Shown here: piece by piece, positions 12,400 to 25,429 of the stretch
Layout: each line of letters opens with the position of its first letter
Numbering within the stretch: position 1 is the first letter of the stretch
Source of the DNA: Macrostomum lignano
Lineage: Eukaryota
Assembly (NCBI GenBank): GCA_002269645.1
Contig: NIVC01002043.1
Location: 1 to 64,000, forward strand
DNA: 64,000 bases
Direction of reading: 5' to 3'
The notes under the pieces: generated by a model
What the model saw: the letters and a program-made list of their open reading frames with translations, nothing else
What the model was told of the DNA's origin: nothing
The model's database searches: none
Translations under genes and position numbers: made by a program

Positions 12400-13770
12400 A
12401 TCTATGGAGTGGAATTCTATAATCTATGGAGGTGAATGTCTATAATCTATGGAGGGAAATGTTTATCATCTAAGGAGGGGAATGTCTATCATGTATTGAG
12501 GGGAATGTCAATCATCTAAGGAGGGGAATGACTATCATGTATTGGGGGAATGTCTATCATCTAAGGAGGGGAATGTCTATCATCTAAGGTGGGGAATGTC
12601 TATCATCTAAGGTGGGGAATGTCTATCATCTAAGGAGGGGAATGTCTATCATCTAAGGTGGGGAATGTCTATCATCTAAGGAGGGGAATGTCTATTATCT
12701 AAGGAGGGGAATGTCTATCATCTAAGGAGGGGAATGTCTATCATCTAAGGAGGGGAATGTCTATCATGTATTGAGGGGAATGTCAATCATCTAAGGTGGG
12801 GAATGTCTATTATCTAAGGAGGGGAATGTCTATCATCTAAGGAGGGGAATGTCTATCATGTATTGAGGGGAATGTCTATCATGTATTGAGGGGAATGTCT
12901 ATCATCTAAGGTGGGGAATGTCTATTATCTAAGGAGGGGAATGTATATCATCTAAGGAGGGGAATGTATATCATGTATTGAGGGGAATGTCTATTATGTA
13001 TTGAGGGGAATGTCTATCATCTAAGGTGGGGAATGTCTATTATCTAAGGAGGGGAATGTATATCATCTAAGGAGGGGAATGTCTATCATGTATTGAGGGG
13101 AATGTCTATCATCTAAGGAGGGGAATGTCTATCATGTATTGAGGGGAATGTCTATCATCTAAGGAGGGGAATGTCTATCATCTAAGGAGGGGAATGTCTT
13201 TCATCTAAGGAGGGGAATGTCTATCATCTAAGGAGGGGAATGTCTATCATGTATTGAGGGGAATGTCTATCATCTAAGGTGGGGAATGTCTATTATCTAA
13301 GGAGGGGAATGTATATCATCTAAGGAGGGGAATGTCTATCATGTATTGAGGGGAATGTCTATCATCTAAGGAGGGGAATGTCTATCATCTAAGGAGGGGA
13401 ATGTCTATCATCTAAGGAGGGGAATGTCTATCATCTAAGGAGGGGAATGTCTTTCATCTAAGGAGGGGAATGTCTATCATCTAAGGAGGGGAATGTCTAT
13501 CATCTAAGGTGGGGAATGTCTATCATCTAAGGAGGGGAATGTCTATCATCTAAGGAGGGGAATGTCTATCATCTAAGGAGGGGAATGTCTATCATGTATT
13601 GAGGGGAATGTCTATCATCTAAGGAGGGGAATGTCTATCATCTAAGGAGGGGAATGCCTATCATCTATGGAGGGGAATGTCTATCATCTAAGGAGGGGAA
13701 TGTCTATCATCTAAGGAGGGGAATGTCTATCATGTATTGAGGGGAATGTCTATCATGTATTGAGGGGAAG
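12400..13770. repeat. 23-bp minisatellite (~58 copies)
   Basis: TCTATCATCTAAGGAGGGGAATG and variant TCTATCATGTATTGAGGGGAATG. Confidence 0.97.
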
Positions 13771-13855
13771 CATTGTATTTATCGAATGCTAATGTGCATA
13801 GCAGTGCACCTGCCACCAGCTCCTAGTGCACCCGACCCTGCCTGAAACCCCGCAG

Positions 13856-14014
13856 CCTGCCCGCCGAACTCCTACAAGCCGCTGGCCGGCGCGGGCGCCT
13901 GCAAGAAGTGCCCAGCCAATTCGCTCTCGGAGATGTCCGGCTCGAAGATTTGCGGCTGTCGGCCTGGTTACTATCGGAGTCCTCAGCTGGACGGCCCCGG
14001 CGACGCCTGTACCA
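13856..14014 (+). CDS. Eph: Eph receptor exon 4 (Cys-rich EGF-like region)
   Basis: CPPNSYKPLAGAGACKKCPANSLSEMSGSKICGCRPGYYRSPQLDGPGDACT. CCGCAG acceptor, A|GTGAGT donor; 159 nt, phase 1-1. Confidence 0.93.
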
Positions 14015-14027
14015 GTGAGTGGCGACA

Positions 14028-14205
14028 GACAGGCACTGAGACAGGCACTGAGACAGGCACTGAGACAGGCACTGAGACAGGCACTGAGACAGGCACTGAG
14101 ACAGGCACTGAGACAGGCACTGAGACAGGCAAGCACTAGATTCTAGGAAACCAAAACACTGAAACAGATAAATATATACAAAAAGACAGACAGGCAGACA
14201 AACAG

Positions 14206-14243
<38 letters not shown>
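14028..14243. repeat. 12-bp (ACAGGCACTGAG)n followed by (CAGA)n
   Basis: Direct reading. Confidence 0.9.
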
Positions 14244-14244
<1 letters not shown>

Positions 14245-14249
14245 TACCG

Positions 14250-17200
14250 CTGTCTGTGTGTTTAGCGGGACCAGAGTTTTGTTAATGCATTAGGTGGACC
14301 ACCTAGTTTCCTTATAAAACCGGTGTCTTTTGTCTCTACACGAAAAGTTAGCGTGGGTTGTCTTTCAGTTTAGCCTGCAGATTAGCCATCTCGTGGAAAC
14401 TGCATGTCACTTTCAACTGGGATAGCTGGACCAGCCCGGACCTGTTTTAGGTGGACCTTCAAAAAGACACCGTTTAGGTGGACCATCATTTATTTAGCAG
14501 AGTACTGGGATTATTATCGACCCAGTACTGTTAAGCACGAGAAACAACACTAAAAGTCACGTGACAGAAGTCCCAAATACACAATATGTAATAAAGTGAA
14601 AATAATGCATTCAGTTCTAGTTTGCTCCGGACTCAAGAACCATCATCCCCATTAAAAACAAATGAATCAAATGCAACTAATTTTTAGGCCGAGAAAAATA
14701 GTTACAAGTGCAAATTAACGGCCAAGCAAAAGTTTAAATAGCAAAAAGTCATATTTGTTTTTCACTAGAATAATGATAAACCTAAAGAAACGCACTTAAC
14801 GTCCCAAATATGTGCCAAAAGGCAAGTAGATTGACGACTATATAATTATTAAATACATTTGCCTAATAAATTTCACGTATTACAATAAAAAAACTTTCCA
14901 CTCAATTTTTGAAAAATGAAAAAAGTTTTAACGGACGGACGAGACATGTTACGACGGATAGCGGAATCATCTCACAGAAAGCCACAAGCTGTCGCAGTCA
15001 ATATCATCATAAACAAACTTTTGCGGTTGAGCACAAAAAAATCGTCTTCATTTTGCCGGAGTTGCTTGCGTCACTCGTCTGCATCAAAGCTGACTTGCCG
15101 TCTCCAGACTGGGCCTGTCAAATTTGGCATTTATACGAGAATTAAGGATTGACAGTTTACAACTGATATTCTACTGAGACTTTGAAACAGACTGGCATAT
15201 TGGTGTCAGTGCAGTCTGTAGGTTAGCTGGACCTCCTAAACTTGAATTCCACCTCCTATCTGTGAGGCTCTAAAACAGACTTGATCAGTTGCGTCAGTAC
15301 AGTCTGTAGGTTAGCTGGACCACCTAAACTTGAATTCCACCCCATCTGTGAGGCTCTAAAACAGACTGGCTCTGTGGCGTCAGTACAGTCTGTAGGTTAG
15401 CTGGACCAGTTCAATTAGAATAGGATAAGCCAAATCTAAACACTTTTGCAGCAAGCTCACCACAGTAGATTCAATCTCGTCCTATGACTGAACTGCGATG
15501 AGGCAACACGTCTGTCCACCGGACTGACCAGCGTCTCAGGTGCCTCAGCCGACTTCTTAGAAGTGTCCAGACGTGAGGTGTCAGCCTATAGTCGACTTAA
15601 TGGCTCTTGGTCTTAAAGTCTTGGTCGATATCTTGCTGGAGTTGCTTGCGTCACTCGTCTGCATCAAAGCTGACTTGCCGTCTCCAGACTGGGCCTGTCA
15701 AATTTGGCATTTATACGAGAATTCAGGATTGACAGTTTACAACTGATATTCTACTGAGACTTTGAAACAGACTGGCATATTGGTGTCAGTGCAGTCTGTA
15801 GGTTAGCTGGACCACCTAAACTTGAATTCCACCTCCTATCTGTGAGGCTCTTCAACAGACTGGCTCAGTTGCGTCAGTGCAGTCTGTAGGTTAGCTGGAC
15901 CACCTAAACTTGAATTCCACCTCCTATTGGTGAGGCTCTAAAACAGACTGGCTCAGTTGCGTCAGTGCAGTCTGTAGGTTAGCTGGACCACCTAAACTTG
16001 AATTCCACCTCCTATCTGTGAGGCTCTAAAACAGACTGGATCAGTTGCGTCAGTACAGTCTGTAGGTTAGCTGGACCACCTAAACTTGAATTCCACCCCA
16101 TCTATGAGGCTCTAAAACAGACTGGCTCTGTGGCGTCAGTACAGTCTGTAGGTTAGCTGGACCAGTTCAATTAGAATAGGATAAGCCAAATCTGAACACT
16201 TTGCAGCAAGCTCACCACAGTAGATTCAATCTCGTCCTATGACTGAACTGCGATGAGGCAACACGTCTGTCCACCGGACTGACCAGCGTCTCAGGTGCCT
16301 CAGCTGACTTCTTAGAAGTGTCCAGACGTGAGGTGTCAGCCTATAGTCGACTTAATGGCTCTTGGTCTTAAAGTCTTGGTCGATATCTTGCTGGAGTTGC
16401 TTGCGTCACTCGTCTGCATCAAAGCTGACTTGCCGTCTCCAGACTGGGCCTGTCAAATTTGGCATTTATACGAGAATTAAGGATTGACAGTTTACAACTG
16501 ATATTCTACTGAGACTTTGAAACAGACTGGCATATTGGTGTCAGTGCAGTCTGTAGGTTAGCTGGACCACCTAAACTTGAATTCCACCTCCTATCTGTGA
16601 GGCTCTTAAACAGACTTGATCAGTTGCGTCAGTGCAGTCTGTAGGTTAGCTGGACCACCTAAACTTGAATTCCACCCCATCTATGAGGCTCTAAAACAGA
16701 CTGGCTCTGTGGCGTCAGTACAGTCTGTAGGTTAGCTGGACCAGTTCAATTAGAATAGGATAAGCCAAATCTGAACACTTTTGCAGCAAGCTCACCACAG
16801 TAGATTCAATCTCGTCCTATGACTGAACTGCGATGAGGCAACACGTCTGTCCACCGGACTGACCAGCGTCTCAGGTGCCTCAGCCGACTTCTTAGAAGTG
16901 TCCAGACGTGAGGTGTCAGCCTATAGTTGACTAATCGCTCTTGGCCTTTAAAGTCTTGGTCGATATCTTGCTGGAGTTGCTTGCGTCACTCGTCTGCATC
17001 AAAGCTGACTTGCCGTCTCCAGACTGGGCCTGTCAAATTTGGCATTTATACGAGAATTCAGGATTGACAGTTTACAACTGATATTCTACTGAGACTTTGA
17101 AACAGACTGGCATATTGGTGTCAGTGCAGTCTGTAGGTTAGCTGGACCACCTAAACTTGAATTCCACCTCCTATCTGTGAGGCTCTTCAACAGACTGGCT

Positions 17201-20200
17201 CAGTTGCGTCAGTGCAGTCTGTAGGTTAGCTGGACCACCTAAACTTGAATTCCACCTCCTATTGGTGAGGCTCTAAAACAGACTGGCTCAGTTGCGTCAG
17301 TGCAGTCTGTAGGTTAGCTGGACCACCTAAACTTGAATTCCACCTCCTATCTGTGAGGCTCTTAAACAGACTTGATCAGTTGCGTCAGTACAGTCTGTAG
17401 GTTAGCTGGACCACCTAAACTTGAATTCCACCCCATCTGTGAGGCTCTAAAACAGACTGGCTCTGTGGCGTCAGTACAGTCTGTAGGTTAGCTGGACCAG
17501 TTCAATTAGAATAGGATAAGCCAAATCTGAACACTTTGCAGCAAGCTCACCACAGTAGATTCAATCTCGTCCTATGACTGAACTGCGATGAGGCAACACG
17601 TCTGTCCACCGGACTGACCAGCGTCTCAGGTGCCTCAGCCGACTTCTTAGAAGTGTCCAGACGTGAGGTGTCAGCCTATAGTCGACTTAATGGCTCTTGG
17701 TCTTAAAGTCTTGGTCGATATCTTGCTGGAGTTGCTTGCGTCACTCGTCTGCATCAAAGCTGACTTGCCGTCTCCAGACTGGGCCTGTCAAATTTGGCAT
17801 TTATACGAGAATTCAGGATTGACAGTTTACAACTGATATTCTACTGAGACTTTGAAACAGACTGGCATATTGGTGTCAGTACAGTCTGTAGGTTAGCTGG
17901 ACCACCTAAACTTGAATTCCACCTCCTATCTGTGAGGCTCTTCAACAGACTGGCTCAGTTGCGTCAGTGCAGTCTGTAGGTTAGCTGGACCACCTAAACT
18001 TGAATTCCACCTCCTATCTGTGAGGCTCTTAAACAGACTGGATCAGTTGCGTCAGTACAGTCTGTAGGTTAGCTGGACCACCTAAACTTGAATTCCACCC
18101 CATCTGTGAGGCTCTAAAACAGACTGGCTCTGTGGCGTCAGTACAGTCTGTAGGTTAGCTGGACCAGTTCAATTAGAATAGGATAAGCCAAATCTGAACA
18201 CTTTGCACCAAGCTCACCACAGTAGATTCAATCTCGTCCTATGACTGAACTGCGATGAGGCAACACGTCTGTCCACCGGACTGACCAGCGTCTCAGGTGC
18301 CTCAGCCGACTTCTTAGAAGTGTCCAGACGTGAGGTGTCAGCCTATAGTCGACTAATCGCTCTTGGCCTTTAAAGTCTTGGTCGATATCTTGCTGGAGTT
18401 GCTTGCGTCACTCGTCTGCATCAAAGCTGACTTGCCGTCTCCAGACTGGGCCTGTCAAATTTGGCATTTATACGAGAATTCAGGATTGACAGTTTACAAC
18501 TGATATTCTACTGAGACTTTGAAACAGACTGGCATATTGGTGTCAGTGCAGTCTGTAGGTTAGCTGGACCACCTAAACTTGAATTCCACCTCCTATCTGT
18601 GAGGCTCTTCAACAGACTGGCTTAGTTGCGTCAGTGCAGTCTGTAGGTTAGCTGGACCACCTAAACTTGAATTCCACCTCCTATTGGTGAGGCTCTAAAA
18701 CAGACTGGCTCAGTTGCGTCAGTGCAGTCTGTAGGTTAGCTGGACCACCTAAACTTGAATTCCACCTCCTATCTGTGAGGCTCTTAAACAGACTTGATCA
18801 GTTGCGTCAGTGCAGTCTGTAGGTTAGCTGGACCACCTAAACTTGAATTCCACCCCATCTATGAGGCTCTAAAACAGACTGGCTCTGTGGCGTCAGTACA
18901 GTCTGTAGGTTAGCTGGACCAGTTCAATTAGAATAGGATAAGCCAAATCTGAACACTTTGCAGCAAGCTCACCACAGTAGATTCAATCTCGTCCTATGAC
19001 TGAACTGCGATGAGGCAACACGTCTGTCCACCGGACTGACCAGCGTCTCAGGTGCCTCAGCCGACTTCTTAGAAGTGTCCAGACGTGAGGTGTCAGCCTA
19101 TAGTCGACTTAATGGCTCTTGGTCTTAAAGTCTTGGTCGATATCTTGCTGGAGTTGCTTGCGTCACTCGTCTGCATCAAAGCTGACTTGCCGTCTCCAGA
19201 CTGGGCCTGTCAAATTTGGCATTTATACGAGAATTCAGGATTGACAGTTTACAACTGATATTCTACTGAGACTTTGAAACAGACTGGCATATTGGTGTCA
19301 GTACAGTCTGTAGGTTAGCTGGACCACCTAAACTTGAATTCCACCTCCTATCTGTGAGGCTCTTCAACAGACTGGCTCAGTTGCGTCAGTGCAGTCTGTA
19401 GGTTAGCTGGACCACCTAAACTTGAATTCCACCTCCTATCTGTGAGGCTCTTCAACAGACTGGCTCAGTTGCGTCAGTGCAGTCTGTAGGTTAGCTGGAC
19501 CACCTAAACTTGAATTCCACCTCCTATCTGTGAGGCTCTTAAACAGACTTGATCAGTTGCGTCAGTACAGTCTGTAGGTTAGCTGGACCACCTAAACTTG
19601 AATTCCACCCCATCTGTGAGGCTCTAAAACAGACTGGCTCTGTGGCGTCAGTACAGTCTGTAGGTTAGCTGGACCAGTTCAATTAGAATAGGATAAGCCA
19701 AATCTGAACACTTTTGCAGCAAGCTCACCACAGTAGATTCAATCTCGTCCTATGACTGAACTGCGATGAGGCAACACGTCTGTCCACCGGACTGACCAGC
19801 GTCTCAGGTGCCTCAGCCGACTTCTTAGAAGTGTCCAGACGTGAGGTGTCAGCCTATAGTCGACTAATCGCTCTTGGCCTTTAAAGTCTTGGTCGATATC
19901 TTGCTGGAGTTGCTTGCGTCACTCGTCTGCATCAAAGCTGACTTGCCGTCTCCAGACTGGGCCTGTCAAATTTGGCATTTATACGAGAATTCAGGATTGA
20001 CAGTTTACAACTGATATTCTACTGAGACTTTGAAACAGACTGGCATATTGGTGTCAGTGCAGTCTGTAGGTTAGCTGGACCACCTAAACTTGAATTCCAC
20101 CTCCTATCTGTGAGGCTCTTAAACAGACTTGATCAGTTGCGTCAGTGCAGTCTGTAGGTTAGCTGGACCACCTAAACTTGAATTCCACCCCATCTATGAG

Positions 20201-23115
20201 GCTCTAAAAAAGACTGGCTCTGTGGCGTCAGTACAGTCTGTAGGTTAGCTGGACCAGTTCAATTAGAATAGGATAAGCCAAATCTGAACACTTTTGCAGC
20301 AAGCTCACCACAGTAGATTCAATCTCGTCCTATGACTGAACTGCGATGAGGCAACACGTCTGTCCACCGGACTGACCAGCGTCTCAGGTGCCTCAGCCGA
20401 CTTCTTAGAAGTGTCCAGACGTGAGGTGTCAGCCTATAGTCGACTAATCGCTCTTGGCCTTTAAAGTCTTGGTCGATATCTTGCTGGAGTTGCTTGCGTC
20501 ACTCGTCTGCATCAAAGCTGACTTGCCGTCTCCAGACTGGGCCTGTCAAATTTGGCATTTATACGAGAATTCAGGATTGACAGTTTACAACTGATATTCT
20601 ACTGAGACTTTGAAACAGACTGGCATATTGGTGTCAGTACAGTCTGTAGGTTAGCTGGACCACCTAAACTTGAATTCCACCTCCTATCTGTGAGGCTCTT
20701 CAACAGACTGGCTCAGTTGCGTCAGTGCAGTCTGTAGGTTAGCTGGACCACCTAAACTTGAATTCCACCTCCTATCTGTGAGGCTCTTCAACAGACTGGC
20801 TCAGTTGCGTCAGTGCAGTCTGTAGGTTAGCTGGACCACCTAAACTTGAATTCCACCTCCTATCTGTGAGGCTCTAAAACAGACTTGATCAGTTGCGTCA
20901 GTACAGTCTGTAGGTTAGCTGGACCACCTAAACTTGAATTCCACCCCATCTGTGAGGCTCTAAAACAGACTGGCTCTGTGGCGTCAGTACAGTCTGTAGG
21001 TTAGCTGGACCAGTTCAATTAGAATAGGATAAGCCAAATCTGAACACTTTTGCAGCAAGCTCACCACAGTAGATTCAATCTCGTCCTATGACTGAACTGC
21101 GATGAGGCAACACGTCTGTCCACCGGACTGACCAGCGTCTCAGGTGCCTCAGCCGACTTCTTAGAAGTGTCCAGACGTGAGGTGTCAGCCTATAGTCGAC
21201 TAATCGCTCTTGGCCTTTAAAGTCTTGGTCGATATCTTGCTGGAGTTGCTTGCGTCACTCGTCTGCATCAAAGCTGACTTGCCGTCTCCAGACTGGGCCT
21301 GTCAAATTTGGCATTTATACGAGAATTCAGGATTGACAGTTTACAACTGATATTCTACTGAGACTTTGAAACAGACTGGCATATTGGTGTCAGTGCAGTC
21401 TGTAGGTTAGCTGGACCACCTAAACTTGAATTCCACCTCCTATCTGTGAGGCTCTTCAACAGACTGGCTCAGTTGCGTCAGTGCAGTCTGTAGGTTAGCT
21501 GGACCTCCTAAACTTGAATTCCACCTCCCATCTGTGAGGCTCTTCAACAGACTGGCTCAGTTGCGTCAGTGCAGTCTGTAGGTTAGCTGGACCAGCTTAA
21601 GTTGTATGTGCATTGATTTGCTTACCTGGTAGATTTTGCTTTTTGGTCTGGCAGGAAAACATATTTCTGAAATTTCGATTGAGTAGGTTCTTATTGAGGC
21701 TCGTTAATAAAGTTTATCATTTTTTCATCCTAAGTAACACTTCGTTTTGGTACTTACTGCAATTTCAATGCAATTTTTTAAAAACGTCGTCGAAAACATT
21801 TTTCACTAGCTCCCAAGTATTGTTAGATCTAAAAGTCGTGTGTTGTTTTATTAGCTACGTAGTAATCCAAAGGCTTGGTTTTACTAGAGAATTAGAACGC
21901 GAGGAAGTCAATCTTTTAAATTGAATCTTTTCATTTTATGCTTACCTTAGGTATCCAGTCCACTTGATGTAACATCTGTTACTGTTGCACCTCTCCGGGA
22001 CTCTGTGCTATTGGGATATCTCCTGCGAGACATTCGTGTCTTCTCGTGTATTGACTATTGACAGTTCAGTTGAATGTTTCAGTCTATCCGAGAAATTAGG
22101 TGGTCCATGTAAGCCTGTTTTAGCTAGACCAAAGGTTTTCACTTTTATAGCTCTGCCCCTCTCTGACTCGTTTAGTCGACGGACTGTCTGTCCCTTGGAC
22201 TGCTCCTATTGGCTGGCATTCCCAGTAGGGGTGGTCCGATTTTTACCACCTCTCCGAAATCAGTCCTTAACCAATGCAGCTCTAGTCTGTGTGACTGTGT
22301 TGTGCGCTTCAAGTTTCGTTTACATGGACCTCAACAGACGATTTGATGTGCGTGCAACTGTGTTTAGTGGGACCCAGGGTAAACTAAAATAAAAAATATC
22401 AGACATTCGCTTTGAGCTTGGTTTGGTGCTTCCCCACCCCTAAACAGGGATCTGAGAGCAGAACCTTCTTCTCAAGGCCGAAACTCTCCAGCAGGATTAT
22501 TTCTTATTGTGGTTCGACACTTTTATAAATATCAAATATCAAAAGGAATCTAAAAGAAGGAAAGTCGATAGGCCTATAGGATACAATATCCATTTAAACT
22601 ACTATCAGCAACTAACGCGACAAAGGAACCGTCATGGGAATAGTTTTCGGGCACAAAACCGTGGGAAGGCTTTGAAGAAAGCTCAACAAAGCCGTGTGTG
22701 CCAAATTTAAGATCACGGAAATTAAATATATTACTTTTTTGGCGTAAAAGATGTTGTAAAAAGGTAAACTGCCAACAGACTGAAACAGACTTAAACAGAC
22801 TGCAACAGACAAATTCAGAAATTTTCATTGACAATTTTTGTTTAGCTGGACCTTTTAGACCCGTTTTAGGTGGACATCGCAAAAAGTCCATGTAAACTGA
22901 AATGCATTTTTTTCTGAACATGAATGCCGATGAATGTTGCGCTTTGTGGCACTCATTCCTGACATCCATTGCTCTGTTTTGTGGTCCTTATAAACCACTC
23001 AACGTTGTCTGGAGCAAAAATATTCGGTGGTCCACCTACGCTGTCCACCTAAACCGAAAGGTCCAGCTAATGCGGCAACTGAACCGACGAAAGGTCCAAG
23101 TAAACACACAGACAG
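14250..23115. mobile_element. Unclassified non-autonomous element with terminal inverted repeats (~8.9 kb) in Eph intron 4
   Basis: CTGTCTGTGTGTTTA (14250-64) and TAAACACACAGACAG (23101-15) are a perfect 15-bp inverted pair, extending imperfectly to ~50 bp (GCATTAGGTGGACC / GGTCCAGCTAATGC). Many subterminal TTAG(G/C)TGGACC motifs. No transposase ORF and no TSD seen. Confidence 0.55.
15052..21597. repeat. Higher-order satellite: 9 full units plus 1 partial (580/667/755 bp), each with 3-5 copies of an 88-bp subrepeat
   Basis: Unit starts (GTTGCTTGCG) at 15061, 15641, 16396, 16976, 17731, 18398, 19153, 19909, 20489 and 21245. Confidence 0.95.
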
Positions 23116-23118
23116 TAA

Positions 23119-23639
<521 letters not shown>

Positions 23640-24459
23640 GTGGACAGAGCGATCGAGCCGAGACAAGAACAGGCGCACAGAAGCAGAGCAGAAGCAGAAA
23701 TTGAGGCAAAAGCAACTGCCAAATCGAATTCTCGCCTATCCCGAATGACTCACCCGCTTGCAGTGCTCAATTCTCACGGCTCATTTCCGCAGCCTCCAGT
23801 TCAGCCATCAAAAACACTTCTTGAGTGTCGGGGCTTTAAAAAGATGCGCAGAGGCCGCCCAGTCTCCAATTTTGCCTCATCAACCGCTATGGAAACAGAT
23901 GCTCAGGATGGCGGGGAGCAGCCCGGCTGAGAGGCTGGAATGGACTGGGATTCAGACTAGACAAATCAATTTAATTTCCCATTTTCACGCCTCCACACTC
24001 AGCGAGGACGGCCTCGCCAAAAACAGGCGATGCCAGGACCCCCCCTGTCTTCACCGCAGCTATTTTTTGTCTCTTCCCAAGATTCTCCTACTCAGCTGTG
24101 AAGTAAGCGGGAGAGACATTCCTTCAGCCACACCTATACGGATGCCGGCAGTTCTCATATGGGAGCTGAAAAAAACTACAGAAAAAACTGTGGGACACTG
24201 AGAGAAGGAGAGAGAGGGGGGCATTGATGAGTGCCTGTGGCGGTGAACGCAGTGGAACTTGGAGCTAAGAGAGTCCAACATTATTTTGTGTTAAACTGGC
24301 ACTGTTTAACTTATAATACTACTACTTTTAGAACTGTGTATAGCATAGCAATGAACCCCAGGTGTCCATCTGAAGACCTCCGTCCCGTGGACTTTATTGG
24401 GAGGTTGGAAAGGTGAAGGAAAATGAGAAACTTTGGAGAGTGAGAGTAAGCAAGAGAGG

Positions 24460-24930
24460 GTGAGACTAAGCGAGAGAGGGTGAGACTAAGCAAAAGAGAA
24501 AGAGGGTGAGACTAAGCGAGAGAGGGTGAGACTAAGCGAGAGAGGGTGAGACTAAGCGAGAGAGGGTGAGACTAAGCGAGAGAGGGTGAGACTAAGCGAG
24601 AGAGGGTGAGACTAAGCGAGCGAGGGTGAGACTAAGCGAGAGAGGGTGAGACTAAGCGAGAGAGGGTGAGACTAAGCAAAAGAGAGTGAGGGTGAGACTA
24701 AGCGAGAGAGGGTGAGACTAAGCGAGAGAGGGTGAGACTAAGCGAGAGAGGGTGAGACTAAGCGAGAGAGAGGGTGAGACTAAGCGAGAGAGGGTGAGAC
24801 TAAGCAAAAGAGGGAGAGAGAGTGAGACTAAGCAAGAGAGAAAGAGTGAGACTAAGCGAGAGAGGGTGAAACTAAGCAAGAGAGAGAGAGTGAGACTAAG
24901 CGAGAGAGAATGAGACTAAGCGAGAGAGGA
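24460..24930. repeat. 18-bp minisatellite (GAGAGGGTGAGACTAAGC)n
   Basis: Direct reading. Confidence 0.93.
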
Positions 24931-25429
24931 TGAGAATAAGCTATAAAGAATGGCATAGCGCAGTGAGGCCAAGCGAGAGCGTCTGTGGCTGGTGCTTAGC
25001 AAATTTGAAGTGGTCGTCCATTCCCCCTGGGCTACAGCTGAAAACCTGCTCTCCGGTTCTCACACACTGGCCTGACGTGCAATTCAAAGCGGAGTTCCTG
25101 GAGGGGGAGGTGGCAATTAAAATCCGCAGTTAACACCTACATGAAGCTACCATATTTCTCTCATGGTTAGAAAGTGCATTTTTCTTCCTCTAGGAAGGGG
25201 CTCGGGAGCTTGTTTAGGGAAACTGCAAAGTTTACCTGGGAGTGAAAACAGTCAAAATTGTGACTCTATGATGGATGAAGTTCGACTTTCATTGCCTCAG
25301 TTGTGTTCACGCTGGTGACATTCTCTTTTGCGGAGAGCGATGCGCAAGTTGGGGTCACTTTTGGGGTCACTTCACCTCGCTAAAGCCATCCCAAACCAGG
25401 GGTTAAATCTTCGTTGAAAAATTGTGAAA

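Noticed and set aside
15052-21597. GACCACCTA in the 88-bp subrepeat as Gli/Zic binding sites
   Set aside because: One mismatch from the GACCACCCA consensus, and more simply explained as the element's subterminal palindrome; no regulatory evidence.
21940-22970. Residual transposase or spliced gene inside the TIR element (minus-strand AG|GTAAGC donor near 21945, acceptor near 22387)
   Set aside because: All three frames between these sites contain stops, and the short ORFs show no DDE or other recognisable motif.
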